Below, in pieces: positions 10,148 through 20,690 of a stretch of DNA of 64,000 nucleotides; position 1 is the first letter of the stretch; each line of letters opens with the position of its first letter. Made by a program: the position numbers and the translations under genes. The notes below the pieces were generated by a model. It worked only from the letters and a program-made list of their open reading frames with translations. It had not been told where the DNA came from and ran no database searches. The stretch lies in IMG/VR virus record IMGVR_UViG_3300032050_000011; one strand, given 5' to 3'. The DNA is from a virus.

Positions 10148-10864
10148 TTACGGTTTTTTACTTTTTGCTTTTTCAGCCTTTTCTTCTGCTCGTATCATCA
10201 TATCTTCTGGATTTCCAGTTTTTGCACGAATTGAATCCATGCGGATTCTTCCTTTGCCACTAGCCCCTCTGTGTTGAGGCTCTGACAAAATGGAACCGTC
10301 GTCCGTATTTGATTTTTCAGAATCTTTTTTAGACTTTGTAAGAGCCCATTGGCCATTTGGAAAAGAAATTAGGACCTCTTCGCTCTTCTTAAGCTTCATT
10401 TCTTTTTTAGCAGAATCTTCGTCTTTATCTTCGCCATGTTTCTTTTCGTTGTGACGATCAAGCGCTTCAGCTATAAGCTTCTTATCTTCTTTCTCGTCCG
10501 GATGCTTATCTTCTTTCTTCTTGACATTTACACCACCGCCAGAGATACCAGCAGTGATAGAAGAACCAAGATTAGACCCCAAAGGTGCACCCTGTGATCC
10601 AAATTTAGCTAACTGCTCTTTAGACTTCTTCTTTTTTTGACGAAGAGCCGCAAGATCTTCAGCTTCAATTTCTCCATCGCCATCGACATCTAGTTTATGT
10701 CGCTTGCCTTTATGTGAAGATTTACTGTCTTCAGATTTTGCAGTGTTTACCATAGAAGAGCCAACACTCATAGTATCTGAACCATCGCTTAGCATCGCTG
10801 CTTGCTTTTCCAGCGCTTCCCTGGCTTCCAAAAGTTTTTTCTCAAGTTCTAGTAATTTTTTCAT
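10148..10864 (-). CDS. charged putative internal head protein with EF-hand-like loop and NGQW tag
   Basis: LDVDGDGEIEAEDL (DxDxDG) loop; LKKSEEVLISFPNGQWALTKS; several LxK[SQF] sites. Confidence 0.55.
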   Translation of the reverse strand: MKKLLELEKKLLEAREALEKQAAMLSDGSDTMSVGSSMVNTAKSEDSKSSHKGKRHKLDVDGDGEIEAEDLAALRQKKKKSKEQLAKFGSQGAPLGSNLGSSITAGISGGGVNVKKKEDKHPDEKEDKKLIAEALDRHNEKKHGEDKDEDSAKKEMKLKKSEEVLISFPNGQWALTKSKKDSEKSNTDDGSILSEPQHRGASGKGRIRMDSIRAKTGNPEDMMIRAEEKAEKAKSKKP

Positions 10865-10892
10865 ATATTTCTCGTTTTAAGATTATAACTAA

Positions 10893-13073
10893 TTAAGCTT
10901 CAGCTCTTGTGATAGTTATATCATTAAGTACGAAATCAATGCCTTCAACTAAAACAGCTACTAAACTTATGTTGATCGTATTGCCAGTTATCTTAACAGA
11001 TAGATCTTTATAGCCATTTGGTGCGGCAGTAGTAGATACTGTTATTCCTTGTGCAAGATATGTGCTTAATAGCGATGAGGCAATAGATCTAACTTCAGAT
11101 ACAGATATGGTATTCTTTTTACCAACAAATACGTTTTCAAGTTGATTTCTAAAATCAAAACTTAACACGTCTGCAGCATACATAACATTTGCTCTGTTGT
11201 ATACCCAGTTTCCGTCTTTTTGATAAGTGGTATTATCAAGAAGACATCTGATACCACCAGACTGAGGCTGCTCAAAGAAAGTTATTCCGCCTTGTATAGC
11301 TTCGTTGTATTTAACATTAGGATTAAAGTCTTGTACGATATCTTCTTCAGGGGTAGACATCGACTGAGAGGTGTGTCTAATTCCGCTAACATTAAAGAAT
11401 TTAAACGTTAGAGGAGTTCCTATTGGCGAACCGCAACGAGCTCCAGCAAGCATACATGATTGTGCCCAAGGCTGAAACCACTTTATGTTACCCTGAGAAT
11501 CAGTATTCTTAGTGTCCTGAATACATAGCTGTATACGCGGATCAGCAAGTAGACCAGATCTCTCTCTACATGCATCAAAGCTATTTTTATAAGAAAGATA
11601 AGCCTGTCTCTCACTTCTATTTTTTGTAGTACTCATTAAGTTACAGTGAGTCTTAACTGCCTGATGTATACCAAGTATTGTGTAGCTAGACGAGGAATCT
11701 GTTGTGTTATCTGCAATATCACTAGAAGGAGTATCTGAGGCTAGGATTGCATCTCTAGAAAATAGAGGAACCACAGCGCTAACTCTGATCTCTTCGAATG
11801 CCGCTAAAGCTGCAGTTATAGAAGACGTAGTTGTTGCTCCAAGAGCTCCACCAGAAAGTCCAGCTTCACTCATCGCATCAACTAGACCAACAGCAGATTG
11901 ATCATCGATATCTGCAATAGATGAATCTTTAAAAAAGCTTGCCACTTCAGACGCATCTTTTTTGATACGAGCAGGCTTGATAGTTAATGAATTTGAACAT
12001 TTCGCACCAATAGTAACTTCATCAAGTACGCTAGGTGATAATGAGTTATATAGCGTGCTAGTAAGAGAAGCTTTCCAGCCTGGATTAAGATTTATCGCGT
12101 TAACTAGTTGAAGTAGGGTTGGATAAGACTCTTTGCTTATTGAGATCGCTGAGCCAGCATCTAGAATAATTGAACTAGACGTTACTTCTACTGTAGCAGT
12201 TGCACTAGCTCCGCTAAAACCAACCTGCATAACAACGTTACCGCCAATAAGTTCTTGCTCTTCTAGTAAGTCTCTTGTTTGCTTAAGAGTAAGTGTCATT
12301 TTTGATTCTTGAGATGATACTTCAAGACCCTCGGCAATATTCATTGCAGCAAGAGGTGCACCAGTGCCATCTTTAAGTTCTAGTGCTTTACCAGAACCAT
12401 TTCGGCTCGCTAATGGATCTGCATCAATTTCTATAGATAGAGAAGATGCGCCATCAACGCCGCTAACAGTAAATGATACGTCAGCAACAGACCACGTAGC
12501 AGCGTCAGCAGCTAGCGCAGCGTTGTCGGCATAACCGCCTGCAACACTTACAGAACTCTTAACACCGTTAACATAGATATCGAATGATCCAGCAGCAATA
12601 AGTGACTCGTCAAAATCCGCAGATGATTCAGACATTGGCGCAACTTCAGCCGTTTCTTCTGCAGAGAAAGTAATAGTATTTCCACCTATTCCGTGCTCAA
12701 GAGAGCGAACAGTGCCGAATGAGTTTGGCAATGACATAGTGGCTCTAGTGGACGAATTAGTTTTATAAATATAAACAGCCTGTGCACCATTAGGCACAGC
12801 ACCATCAGAAGCTGGAGAAAATAGAAAGTTCATCGCATCTACGATCGGACCAGATCCGTATTTTTGTCTTACTTCAGAAATCTGATTAGGTAAGAAAAAA
12901 TTTCTAGACATATCGGCTTCTTCACTACCAGGTTTACCTCTAGTAGATTCACCAAATATTGCCACTAGACCTACGATACCAAGCGGAAAATTACCACCTA
13001 AATCTATTGTCAACTTAGAATAAGCACCAGGCCTATAAATAGTTGCGCCATTGAAGGATACATTAATCGCCAT
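10893..13073 (-). CDS. tail sheath protein
   Basis: IYRPGAYS N-terminus, LSGG, C-terminal DNTTY...; 726 aa upstream of tubes. Confidence 0.9.
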   Translation of the reverse strand: MAINVSFNGATIYRPGAYSKLTIDLGGNFPLGIVGLVAIFGESTRGKPGSEEADMSRNFFLPNQISEVRQKYGSGPIVDAMNFLFSPASDGAVPNGAQAVYIYKTNSSTRATMSLPNSFGTVRSLEHGIGGNTITFSAEETAEVAPMSESSADFDESLIAAGSFDIYVNGVKSSVSVAGGYADNAALAADAATWSVADVSFTVSGVDGASSLSIEIDADPLASRNGSGKALELKDGTGAPLAAMNIAEGLEVSSQESKMTLTLKQTRDLLEEQELIGGNVVMQVGFSGASATATVEVTSSSIILDAGSAISISKESYPTLLQLVNAINLNPGWKASLTSTLYNSLSPSVLDEVTIGAKCSNSLTIKPARIKKDASEVASFFKDSSIADIDDQSAVGLVDAMSEAGLSGGALGATTTSSITAALAAFEEIRVSAVVPLFSRDAILASDTPSSDIADNTTDSSSSYTILGIHQAVKTHCNLMSTTKNRSERQAYLSYKNSFDACRERSGLLADPRIQLCIQDTKNTDSQGNIKWFQPWAQSCMLAGARCGSPIGTPLTFKFFNVSGIRHTSQSMSTPEEDIVQDFNPNVKYNEAIQGGITFFEQPQSGGIRCLLDNTTYQKDGNWVYNRANVMYAADVLSFDFRNQLENVFVGKKNTISVSEVRSIASSLLSTYLAQGITVSTTAAPNGYKDLSVKITGNTINISLVAVLVEGIDFVLNDITITRAEA

Positions 13074-13126
13074 ACTTTCTCCTATTGCGTCATTATTGCT
13101 TTAATCATTATAACATGCATATTTAG

Positions 13127-13372
13127 TTAAATACTAACACCATATAATTTAAGGGCCCTATCAAACTGTTCCATGGTGGCTTCTGATTCTAGCCCCCTGG
13201 CCTTAAAGTCAGCAGCCAATATTTCTTTTTTATGTATAGGTGGTATAAGATCTTTTCTTTGTGAAAACCAGACATCAAACTTCACTCTCTTCTGAGCTAG
13301 TCCTTTCGCTGAAGAGGCGGCATGACGCTCTAGTTCCATTTTTTTTATCTCAGCTTTCAAATTATCATTCAT
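13127..13372 (-). CDS. hypothetical virion-module protein
   Basis: Coupled ORF in structural operon. Confidence 0.6.
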   Translation of the reverse strand: MNDNLKAEIKKMELERHAASSAKGLAQKRVKFDVWFSQRKDLIPPIHKKEILAADFKARGLESEATMEQFDRALKLYGVSI

Positions 13373-14058
13373 ACATCGCTCCGATACTGACTTATGTTTG
13401 TAACTACTTCTTCTATATCGCCATCTGACATATTAATGTCGCTGTTCGTAGTAGCACCTATATCTAGCTCTAGTACTGGCTCTACATATTGATCGCCCTC
13501 AAGATAGTTCTGGACTGTGCATCTAAATCTTATCCATCTAGACCAGACGTTATCAGCCATATACTTGCTCTCTTTATTGTACTCAGAGGCTCTAAATGTA
13601 TATAATTGCAGACCAAGATTATACCCAGCCATCTTTTCTTTATAGAGAATATAGTTTAGTATATAGTAAAGCCAAAGAACATGATCCTTAGACTTATCGG
13701 CATGTATCCCTATATCTAATGAAACGCTAGAGACACCAGTCAACATCTCAGAGTTCTCGCCAGAACCAAAATAATCTGAAACGGCAGCCCTGCTCTCATC
13801 CTCACTCTCATCTGCAAGATGTATCGTAAAAGAAGGCACTTTAGTAGGGTCAAAGGACCATGCCTGTAGTACAGGTATTTTTGTAGTAGTAAACCAATTA
13901 TATATCTTGTCTATGTGTGCTTGACCATAGGACGCCTGCATTTCATTTCTAAGAAACTGTGCAAATATGCAATCAAATGCAGCTCTGTTATTTTTTAGGT
14001 TAGCTATTCCTAGCTGTACAAGTCTTTGGAGAGCAACTTCTGACATAACAAAAGCCAT
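13369..14058 (-). CDS. tail completion/neck protein (putative)
   Basis: PSFTIHLADESE motif; position just upstream of sheath. Confidence 0.5.
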   Translation of the reverse strand: MAFVMSEVALQRLVQLGIANLKNNRAAFDCIFAQFLRNEMQASYGQAHIDKIYNWFTTTKIPVLQAWSFDPTKVPSFTIHLADESEDESRAAVSDYFGSGENSEMLTGVSSVSLDIGIHADKSKDHVLWLYYILNYILYKEKMAGYNLGLQLYTFRASEYNKESKYMADNVWSRWIRFRCTVQNYLEGDQYVEPVLELDIGATTNSDINMSDGDIEEVVTNISQYRSDV

Positions 14059-14061
14059 AGA

Positions 14062-14784
14062 TCATCCTCCGTATTGTGCCATAATGTAGCGTATGGCATC
14101 GTCTATTCTGTCCTGGAGCTGATTATTTATCTGCTCTAGCTTTTCAGTCATATCGGCCTTTTTAGCAGGCCTTACCCATTTTGAATTAGGATCTTGCTTA
14201 TCGCTTGCGGTTCTAAATTGAGTTGCAACAGACTTTGAATTATCATATGTGTATTCATGCTGCGGCACAGGTAGCGCCTCTATTGTGTCTATAGACTCTG
14301 TAGGATCACTGGATCCGCCTCTTTGCTTTTCAAGTCTTGCCTGCTTGTCTGCCTTTAATTGCAGTCTTTGCTTATTGATTTGTTTTATTGCGTTTTCTAT
14401 AGTTTTTGGCATTGAGCTTTCGCTAGATCTTTCGCGCATAGGTATTTTTTTATATCTAGAGCCATCATGGGCCATTTTTGCATTAGATAGTAGTTTTGGC
14501 AACATAGGGAACGGCGGTTCCGAAAAGTCAGTTTTTCCAGATAGTGTAGTTATCTTAAACAGATTTCCATCGCGTATCGCCATAAGCTCTTGTACAAATT
14601 TATGAGAGTTATGGTCTCCTCCGTCTATAACAGCCTCTTCTAGAGCATCAGCTACCATATCTATTACAGCTTCTCTTACATTATCAGATGCACTATCGCA
14701 AATGCTTTCAGCCTCATCTAGAGAAAAGCCTTTTGCCATCAGTCTGTGTTTTAAATTTTCTAACTCATGACCTACATCTAGCAT
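14062..14784 (-). CDS. putative neck/virion morphogenesis protein
   Basis: Position; FRTASDKQDPNSKW motif resembles phage neck-region proteins. Confidence 0.45.
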   Translation of the reverse strand: MLDVGHELENLKHRLMAKGFSLDEAESICDSASDNVREAVIDMVADALEEAVIDGGDHNSHKFVQELMAIRDGNLFKITTLSGKTDFSEPPFPMLPKLLSNAKMAHDGSRYKKIPMRERSSESSMPKTIENAIKQINKQRLQLKADKQARLEKQRGGSSDPTESIDTIEALPVPQHEYTYDNSKSVATQFRTASDKQDPNSKWVRPAKKADMTEKLEQINNQLQDRIDDAIRYIMAQYGG

Positions 14785-16295
14785 TAGCGTGCCTTTTTAA
14801 TTATTCTGGCTTTCATGTCACATAGGAAGTTAGATTTTTCTAGATCTGTCCATTCTTTGTCAAATGTTATAGATATTTGACCTTTATTATCTATTTCTAT
14901 TTTTGGTCTAGGTAAGTACATGTATTCATTTTCGTAGACCTTTTTTGGATCTATCTTTTTAGATTGTACGACATCTACTTTAGAGGGTTTTTTAGAAAGT
15001 TCATCTACTTTCTCTTGCAGTTCTAACAACCTAGACTCTAGATCTTCTATTTCTTTGCCAGCATCTTGGTTTAGTTTGTTGTGCTTATCTACGACAGTTA
15101 GTAGCGAATTCTCTAGCTTATCAAATAGCGCCATTATCTTAGACTCTACTTGCTGAAGGTCTACCGCAACGCCATTGCGTATCTCTTTTCGCATATTTTC
15201 TACTTCAGTGTAGATATTGGCAAGATTGTGTTTTCGATAATTATCTGCAAGTTGCTCTAGTCCGCCATATATAGCGTCATCTGAAAGTTTTTCATCGTCT
15301 AGTATGTCGAATACTTTTTCATCTTCATCTGAGTACCACTCGAATACAGACATGACATCTGCACAGAGCTGAGGCAGTGACTTATTAGTAAATTGATGTA
15401 TTACTTTATGGCCATCACTTATACGACCAGAATACACATCATTCATGTGTTTTCTTAGGCTTATAGTATAGGAATCTATCTTGACATCTCTAAAATCCTC
15501 ATCACTCATATCTTTAACGGCAGTGCTAAGCATTCTGAAGCAGCCATTACCTATGAGCTTCAGTGCTTCGCCATGACTTATGTCAAATGTAGCAGTTCGC
15601 TGATTATCACCACGAAGTATATTTTTATTTAGTTTCTCTAATATAACTAGATCTTGTAGTTTGCTGGATTTTTTTAAGGCAGAGTGCGCATACATTTCTA
15701 GCCCTACTCTGCAGCAATCCCGCAGTTCCCAGTCTAATAGACTATGAAGAGGTGCAAACTGCAGATCTTTAAGTTCATGTGTATCTTTTGGTTTTCCGTC
15801 AAAAGAATCTACTAGAAATACTTTAGAGTCATTACCGTTTATCTTAGCATGACCAATTTCATTTAGATCTCCAGCGTCTAGTCCTGTCTCTTCTTTAAGT
15901 TCTCTTTTTGCTGCTTGGACAAAATCTTCACCGGGATCAACGTGCCCTCCTGGCGTTTGCCATTTACCATCGTTTCCAATGCCAACAAGAATATGCCCAC
16001 TATCGTCAGTAACAACAAGACCTACCCCCTGTCCTCTATAATATTGCTCAAATGATTTTTTAAGTTTCTTTTTAGATTTGCGCTCTGTTTTTTCGCCCTT
16101 GCCATGTTTTTCATGGTGCTCGCTAGTCCAATCGCCGCCTCTATTTTTGTTTTTACTTTCTGGCGCATCTGAATTTGAAGAGTATTTTGCGGCTACACTT
16201 TTAGGTGGACATCCACGAGCCTGAGTGCACTTGCCTTTCCCATGAAGGATCTGCATCATAAATCTATATTGTTTTTTACTGGCTGCTTGAGGCAT
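14784..16295 (-). CDS. Nudix hydrolase domain protein with coiled-coil C-terminus (probable virion protein)
   Basis: Nudix box GGHVDPGEDFVQAAKRELKEETGL; start moved to MPQAASKK (SD GGAG, TATAAT at 16323-16328). Confidence 0.8.
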   Translation of the reverse strand: MPQAASKKQYRFMMQILHGKGKCTQARGCPPKSVAAKYSSNSDAPESKNKNRGGDWTSEHHEKHGKGEKTERKSKKKLKKSFEQYYRGQGVGLVVTDDSGHILVGIGNDGKWQTPGGHVDPGEDFVQAAKRELKEETGLDAGDLNEIGHAKINGNDSKVFLVDSFDGKPKDTHELKDLQFAPLHSLLDWELRDCCRVGLEMYAHSALKKSSKLQDLVILEKLNKNILRGDNQRTATFDISHGEALKLIGNGCFRMLSTAVKDMSDEDFRDVKIDSYTISLRKHMNDVYSGRISDGHKVIHQFTNKSLPQLCADVMSVFEWYSDEDEKVFDILDDEKLSDDAIYGGLEQLADNYRKHNLANIYTEVENMRKEIRNGVAVDLQQVESKIMALFDKLENSLLTVVDKHNKLNQDAGKEIEDLESRLLELQEKVDELSKKPSKVDVVQSKKIDPKKVYENEYMYLPRPKIEIDNKGQISITFDKEWTDLEKSNFLCDMKARIIKKAR

Positions 16296-16341
16296 AGTAC
16301 TCCAAATATCTCTTGCCCTTACATTATATCTTAAATGCTGG

Positions 16342-17136
16342 CTAGAGCTCCTTACCATCCGGCTTAAATAAAAAATCTCGCTTAACCATAATATGCTGAG
16401 GCAATCGTTTAGCTACTTTTTGACCATTGACCATCTGCTGCGTGGCGCGTATCTCATGCATGTTCTGCATTACATTATACACAGGATTCGCGGAATATGT
16501 TATAGATAGCACTTCACCTATATCTTCTATGCTATCATAGCTAGGAGCTTTTCCTGCGACCCAGACTATATTGCCATTAACTATAGTAAAATCAACATCT
16601 TGCACATACTTCTTAAGTGCGCCATTAACTACGGACGATATATCGAAAACTCTTATTATTGGATACTTGACGCTGGTTGCTCCACTTGTTCCGTCATATT
16701 GTCTCAGGTCAGTTAGACGTATCTGAAAATCAGGGCACAATAACTTATCAAATATATTGAAGTCAGCCTGATTGCCATCTGGATACTCGGTAGGGAACGT
16801 TATCACCGCTGTCCCTATTTCCCAGACTCCTTGGACTTCAAATAGTTTTTCTAGTGAATTATTAGTAAAAACACCAAATATCTCTTTTTCTTGTATATAT
16901 ATTATCTGACTATTGTCGCAAAATGCACAATCTGGATCGTGGTTGTTATCGTCTAGACTTTTCATGTTAGGGCATGGCGCTGCCATGCGATGCACAAAGC
17001 GTATGCCTCTGTTTTGAACTATCTGATCCCAGGATTCGCCTCTGATGCTTATATCAGTTATAAGATCAGGCATCATAGATGGATATGACTTGGCTGTTTT
17101 AGGATACTGCTGATTTGGTTTATCTAGTGGCGACAT
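16342..17136 (-). CDS. putative head-closure/neck protein
   Basis: CP..DPDCAFC Cys cluster at N-terminus; position upstream of neck and sheath genes. Confidence 0.5.
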   Translation of the reverse strand: MSPLDKPNQQYPKTAKSYPSMMPDLITDISIRGESWDQIVQNRGIRFVHRMAAPCPNMKSLDDNNHDPDCAFCDNSQIIYIQEKEIFGVFTNNSLEKLFEVQGVWEIGTAVITFPTEYPDGNQADFNIFDKLLCPDFQIRLTDLRQYDGTSGATSVKYPIIRVFDISSVVNGALKKYVQDVDFTIVNGNIVWVAGKAPSYDSIEDIGEVLSITYSANPVYNVMQNMHEIRATQQMVNGQKVAKRLPQHIMVKRDFLFKPDGKEL

Positions 17137-17151
17137 TAGATGCCTCTTATC

Positions 17152-17286
17152 TTATTTAGTTTTTACTTTATATAGATGATCGATATGTGGATGAACTTCA
17201 AGCTCATGAATCTCACCCGCTTGAAAAGGCTGTTCAGTCTTCGCTAAGCTCCACTGACCATTATATAAGTAGGTAACTTTTTCCAT
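17152..17286 (-). CDS. 44-aa NGQW-tag microprotein
   Basis: MEKVTYLYNGQWSLAKTEQP...KVKTK*; TGATAAAAT 7 nt upstream (leaderless); not in ORF track. Confidence 0.7.
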   Translation of the reverse strand: MEKVTYLYNGQWSLAKTEQPFQAGEIHELEVHPHIDHLYKVKTK

Positions 17287-17307
17287 AGCTTATATTTTAT
17301 CAGACTG

Positions 17308-17997
17308 CTAGTCTGAGATACCAAACTTTATACGCATTATCTTCTCTTCTCGCGGTGAAAGAGTTTTCAGTATTATCTTTAGGTTACGTGCTATATCTTC
17401 TGTATCTAGCTTGTCGGCACTGAATTCTATGCTAGACTTATGCAGTCTATCTAGTAGACTTCTGTCTTCTTCTGAATTAGGACTACTGTCTAGTGATAGT
17501 GGTATCTTAGCTATCTCTAGCAGATCTTTTAACTTATCTTCTTTCATGTTCATAAGTTTACTAAGTTCTTCTAGATTAGGTTCTTTGCCATATAGACGAA
17601 CATGCTGACTCATGATCTGAAATATTTTATTTACACTCTCTACTAAATGCACTGGCAGTCGAACAGTTCTTCCAGTGTCTGCTATGGCTCTAGTAATAGA
17701 CTGACGTATCCACCATGTTGCATAAGTGCTAAATCTATAGCCACGCTTATACTCAAATTTCTCTACGGCCTTCATGAGGCCAAGATTTCCCTCTTGTATA
17801 AGATCTAGCAGATCCATGCCGCTATAGGTATATTTCTTAGCTATAGAGACTACTAGTCGCAGATTTGACTCTACTAATCGCTGCTTGGCTGCCTCATCGC
17901 CTTCAAAAGCGAGCTTAGCAAAGTAGAGTTCCTCTTTAAGAGTCAGCATCGGTATAGCACCCATCTGCTCTAAATAAATCTTTAGTCTATTGCTCAT
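17308..17997 (-). CDS. RpoD-like sigma-70 factor lacking region 1.1 and region 4.2
   Basis: [47 protein letters not shown]; stops at RIKFGISD before the -35-binding helix-turn-helix. Confidence 0.9.
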   Translation of the reverse strand: MSNRLKIYLEQMGAIPMLTLKEELYFAKLAFEGDEAAKQRLVESNLRLVVSIAKKYTYSGMDLLDLIQEGNLGLMKAVEKFEYKRGYRFSTYATWWIRQSITRAIADTGRTVRLPVHLVESVNKIFQIMSQHVRLYGKEPNLEELSKLMNMKEDKLKDLLEIAKIPLSLDSSPNSEEDRSLLDRLHKSSIEFSADKLDTEDIARNLKIILKTLSPREEKIMRIKFGISD

Positions 17998-18056
17998 GAA
18001 ATGATTATACCGATTAGCCTACATGCTGCTTGTATGCCTTTACTTTTTAGACTATT

Positions 18057-18689
18057 TTATTTGTGGATTTTAAACTTTCCTGGTGCAACCAGAATCTCAT
18101 CCTCTCCGTATGCAGACTGCTGCTGTTCTTTGGCGCTAGATCCCCAGTCTTCGTCTGGCTCGTTTGGCCCAAGAGCAGCCCCATCAGGCTCATGCAGTCC
18201 ACCTCTGTGTCCATACATCTTAGGCATACTATGTATGTCATCTTCAGGAACCCACGCGCTCGAGAAGTCGCCTGGCTTAGCATCTGCTCCGAAACTAGCA
18301 TTGTGTGAAAAACCTGCAGCAATACCTGGAGTCCATGACCAACTTGTCATTTCATCGTTATGATAGTGATCGCCCTTATTGCGCCTAGCATAATTTTCAG
18401 CACTATTGTCGCCTCTATGTAGCAAAAACTCTAGTTTGTTAGTTATTGGATTTTTTCTATATTGAGCTAGTCTCATTAATTTATTAAGAGCTCTAGCTCT
18501 CATGTTGCCGCTCATGCGAGGAATATCCTGCTTATCTACACTACTAGTAACATCACCAGTCACCCATCCTTGCACACTATATCTATCTTTGTTAGATATA
18601 TCCTTATCTGGGTTAAACGGAATTTTCTTCTGTCTAGATCCTTTCTCGAGTACCCATTGTCCGTTATGTAGATATGATATTTTTTCCAT
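18057..18689 (-). CDS. ADP-ribosyltransferase-like protein with N-terminal NGQW tag
   Basis: R-S-E signature: LHRG, TSWS..A..F, EDEILV. Confidence 0.65.
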   Translation of the reverse strand: MEKISYLHNGQWVLEKGSRQKKIPFNPDKDISNKDRYSVQGWVTGDVTSSVDKQDIPRMSGNMRARALNKLMRLAQYRKNPITNKLEFLLHRGDNSAENYARRNKGDHYHNDEMTSWSWTPGIAAGFSHNASFGADAKPGDFSSAWVPEDDIHSMPKMYGHRGGLHEPDGAALGPNEPDEDWGSSAKEQQQSAYGEDEILVAPGKFKIHK

Positions 18690-18702
18690 AAATATCTAAG
18701 TG

Positions 18703-19008
18703 TTAGTGATCATGCGGATATTTGTCTGATCCAGACTCATCATGTAAAGATAACCAGCTATTAACATGATCGTCGAATTTTTCTTGATGTTTTGGATTGC
18801 TTAGCTGAACATGTGCAGCAGGGTGATCTATTGAAGCATATGCATGTCCGGCATCTTTATGATACTTAATATGTTTTGGTTTAACTTGATTATTGAAATT
18901 AGCTATTGCTCTTTGGAAATGAGCTTCGCTTTTTTGCAATATCTCTTCTATCTGCTCATCGGCCTTCTTTTGAAGTATCCACTTGTCCCAGTCTGGAAAT
19001 TCTTTCAC
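18703..19008 (-). CDS. hypothetical protein (may extend upstream to ATA at 19047, IEKLSYLNEQ)
   Basis: LQKK and LQKS sites; in-frame upstream degenerate tag 7 nt after TGGTAGAAT. Confidence 0.55.
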   Translation of the reverse strand: MKEFPDWDKWILQKKADEQIEEILQKSEAHFQRAIANFNNQVKPKHIKYHKDAGHAYASIDHPAAHVQLSNPKHQEKFDDHVNSWLSLHDESGSDKYPHDH

Positions 19009-19054
19009 GTGATGCTCCTGTTCATTTAAGTAGCTCAGTTTTTCTATAGTCTAT

Positions 19055-19088
19055 ATTCTACCATCTCATCGAGTCAATCTAGTATAAT
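19055..19088. promoter_or_regulatory. divergent -10 elements at the strand switch
   Basis: TGGTAGAAT on - strand (hexamer 19060-19055) and TATAAT on + strand (19083-19088). Confidence 0.55.
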
Positions 19089-19175
19089 ATTCTCACGCAT
19101 TTACCTGATCCGCGAAGCGGTTAGGGGGCCCCTGCCAGTTAGGTTACAACTACTTAACTCACCTAAGAGACCACT

Positions 19176-20440
19176 ATGACTCAGTATCTATTTACCGAAG
19201 ATCAGATTCATCGCATGCTCATACTCTATGCGCTCTTGAATCTAAACATAGACTGGCGTGCGATCAAATACGGAGAGCTGCTATGCCACAACGACTACTA
19301 AGACTAAACGGCGTAATAAACTCACAGCTAGACATACGCGATATCATAGAGACCTATGCGCTGCTCAAAATAATCAGAAAACTAGAGATCTATGGCGATC
19401 ACGAGGCCTGGTATGACCACATATGAACTACTGCGTGTCGTACTCGCGGCCGCGCAGCTAGTTGCCACACTGGCAGCACCCTGGGTCGTCATCTATCTTG
19501 ATCGGAGACGCAATGGCGGACAATGAGCAAGTGCGCATATATTCGGCCGATGAGCTGCGAGCAATCTGCCCGATGCTTCGCATCCTGCATCAGCTCGGAT
19601 TAATCGGCCTGGTGAGTGTGCGCATGGCTGGCTATATCGATTGGGGCAGCGAAGGCTATATAATAACTAGTTATGACAGACTTTGAAGCACGCAAGACTA
19701 TCTGGGCCACTATCGGCAGACTCTTCGTCTGTGACGAGGTGACGATCTGGATTTTCTCAGCAGACGATATGATAGAGGCGAACCGGCTGCCTGATGGCAG
19801 CGGAAGCAGACTCTATTATTGCGGCGTAGCGCATGGTATAGAACCATGAGCTGGCGTGAGCTCATGGCGGGCGAAGATATGCGAGTGGTGCGAGATATGT
19901 TTCTCACGGTGCAGCGGCTGGATTTGCTCGATAGAGCCACGTCGTTTCAGGAGTTTGTGGACTGGATGGGAGCGCTGAGCTGGTATGCATCAACCTATAA
20001 GCCTAGATAATTTTGACGCGATGATGCGGCTGCTAGATGTGTTTAATGCTCTGGGTATTCTGGAGGGAATGGACTATCTGGTGGTCTGGGAGAAGAGGCC
20101 GAAGCTGACGCTGAATAGGCTGGGTAATTTTGAGTTTGTGAATCCTCAGGAAGTCTATGGCGCGAGTTTGAGTTTCTGGGACGACGCAGGTCGTGTGGTG
20201 GCCACGAGAAGATTTACGCTAGTGGAGCGGTTTGATGATGAGTATTGATGAAGAGTTCTATGTAGAGTTGAGCATGTGGTTTACGCTGTTGAGGCTGGGG
20301 TTGGCTGAGTTATGAGTAGAGTTGATCTAGAGCATCTGTTGTATATTCTAGAGTTCATAGATAAGCTGGATGTTATAAAGCACGAGATGAGTCAGTGTTC
20401 GAGTTGGCGAGGCGGCGGTTATTTCTGGCCACGCTGTTAA
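19176..20440 (+). CDS. chain of nine overlapping micro-ORFs (19176-19301, 19283-19426, 19413-19526, 19513-19686, 19673-19849, 19846-20010, 19985-20248, 20235-20315, 20312-20440)
   Basis: Hand translation; consecutive overlaps including ATGA, SD-like GGAG/GAGG before several starts; seven carry the KL-helix motif. Confidence 0.65.
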
Positions 20441-20690
20441 AAAATAATAAAAAAATATTATAAAAAAATTAGGGTACCGGTACCTCTGTGTTTGATCTAT
20501 TAGGGATCAGAGGCCAGTGGGCCCTATTTTTATGAAAAAGTGCTCTGCCAGAGTTCGCAGGGTACCAGAACCTGACCGGCTCGAAGTAAGGTTAGATGGT
20601 TTAGAGGTTACCCGGTCCTAACCGGTTAAATTTTTTTAAACCTGTTAAAACTGTTTTATAATTTTAAACCGGCTCGATATAGTCTACGAG
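20439..20690. other. non-coding block with A-tracts, palindromes and short repeats (candidate origin or genome end)
   Basis: A-tracts, GGTACCGGTACC (20473-20484), TAACCGGTTA (20619-20628), GGTTA and AACCKGTTA repeats. Confidence 0.35.

Noticed and set aside
598-13073. Bacterial contractile injection system or tailocin instead of a phage
   Set aside because: The context (RNR, ligase, ThyX, tRNA, early microgenes, phage-like promoters) indicates a large lytic phage.
17290-17310. TAG recoding or read-through restoring sigma region 4.2
   Set aside because: A TAA follows five codons later, and TAG ends many intact genes in this window.
1129-18699. Numerous + strand ORFs opposite structural genes, and - strand ORFs inside clpA, ligase, MoxR and others
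   Set aside because: Antisense shadows of well-supported genes with no expression signals.
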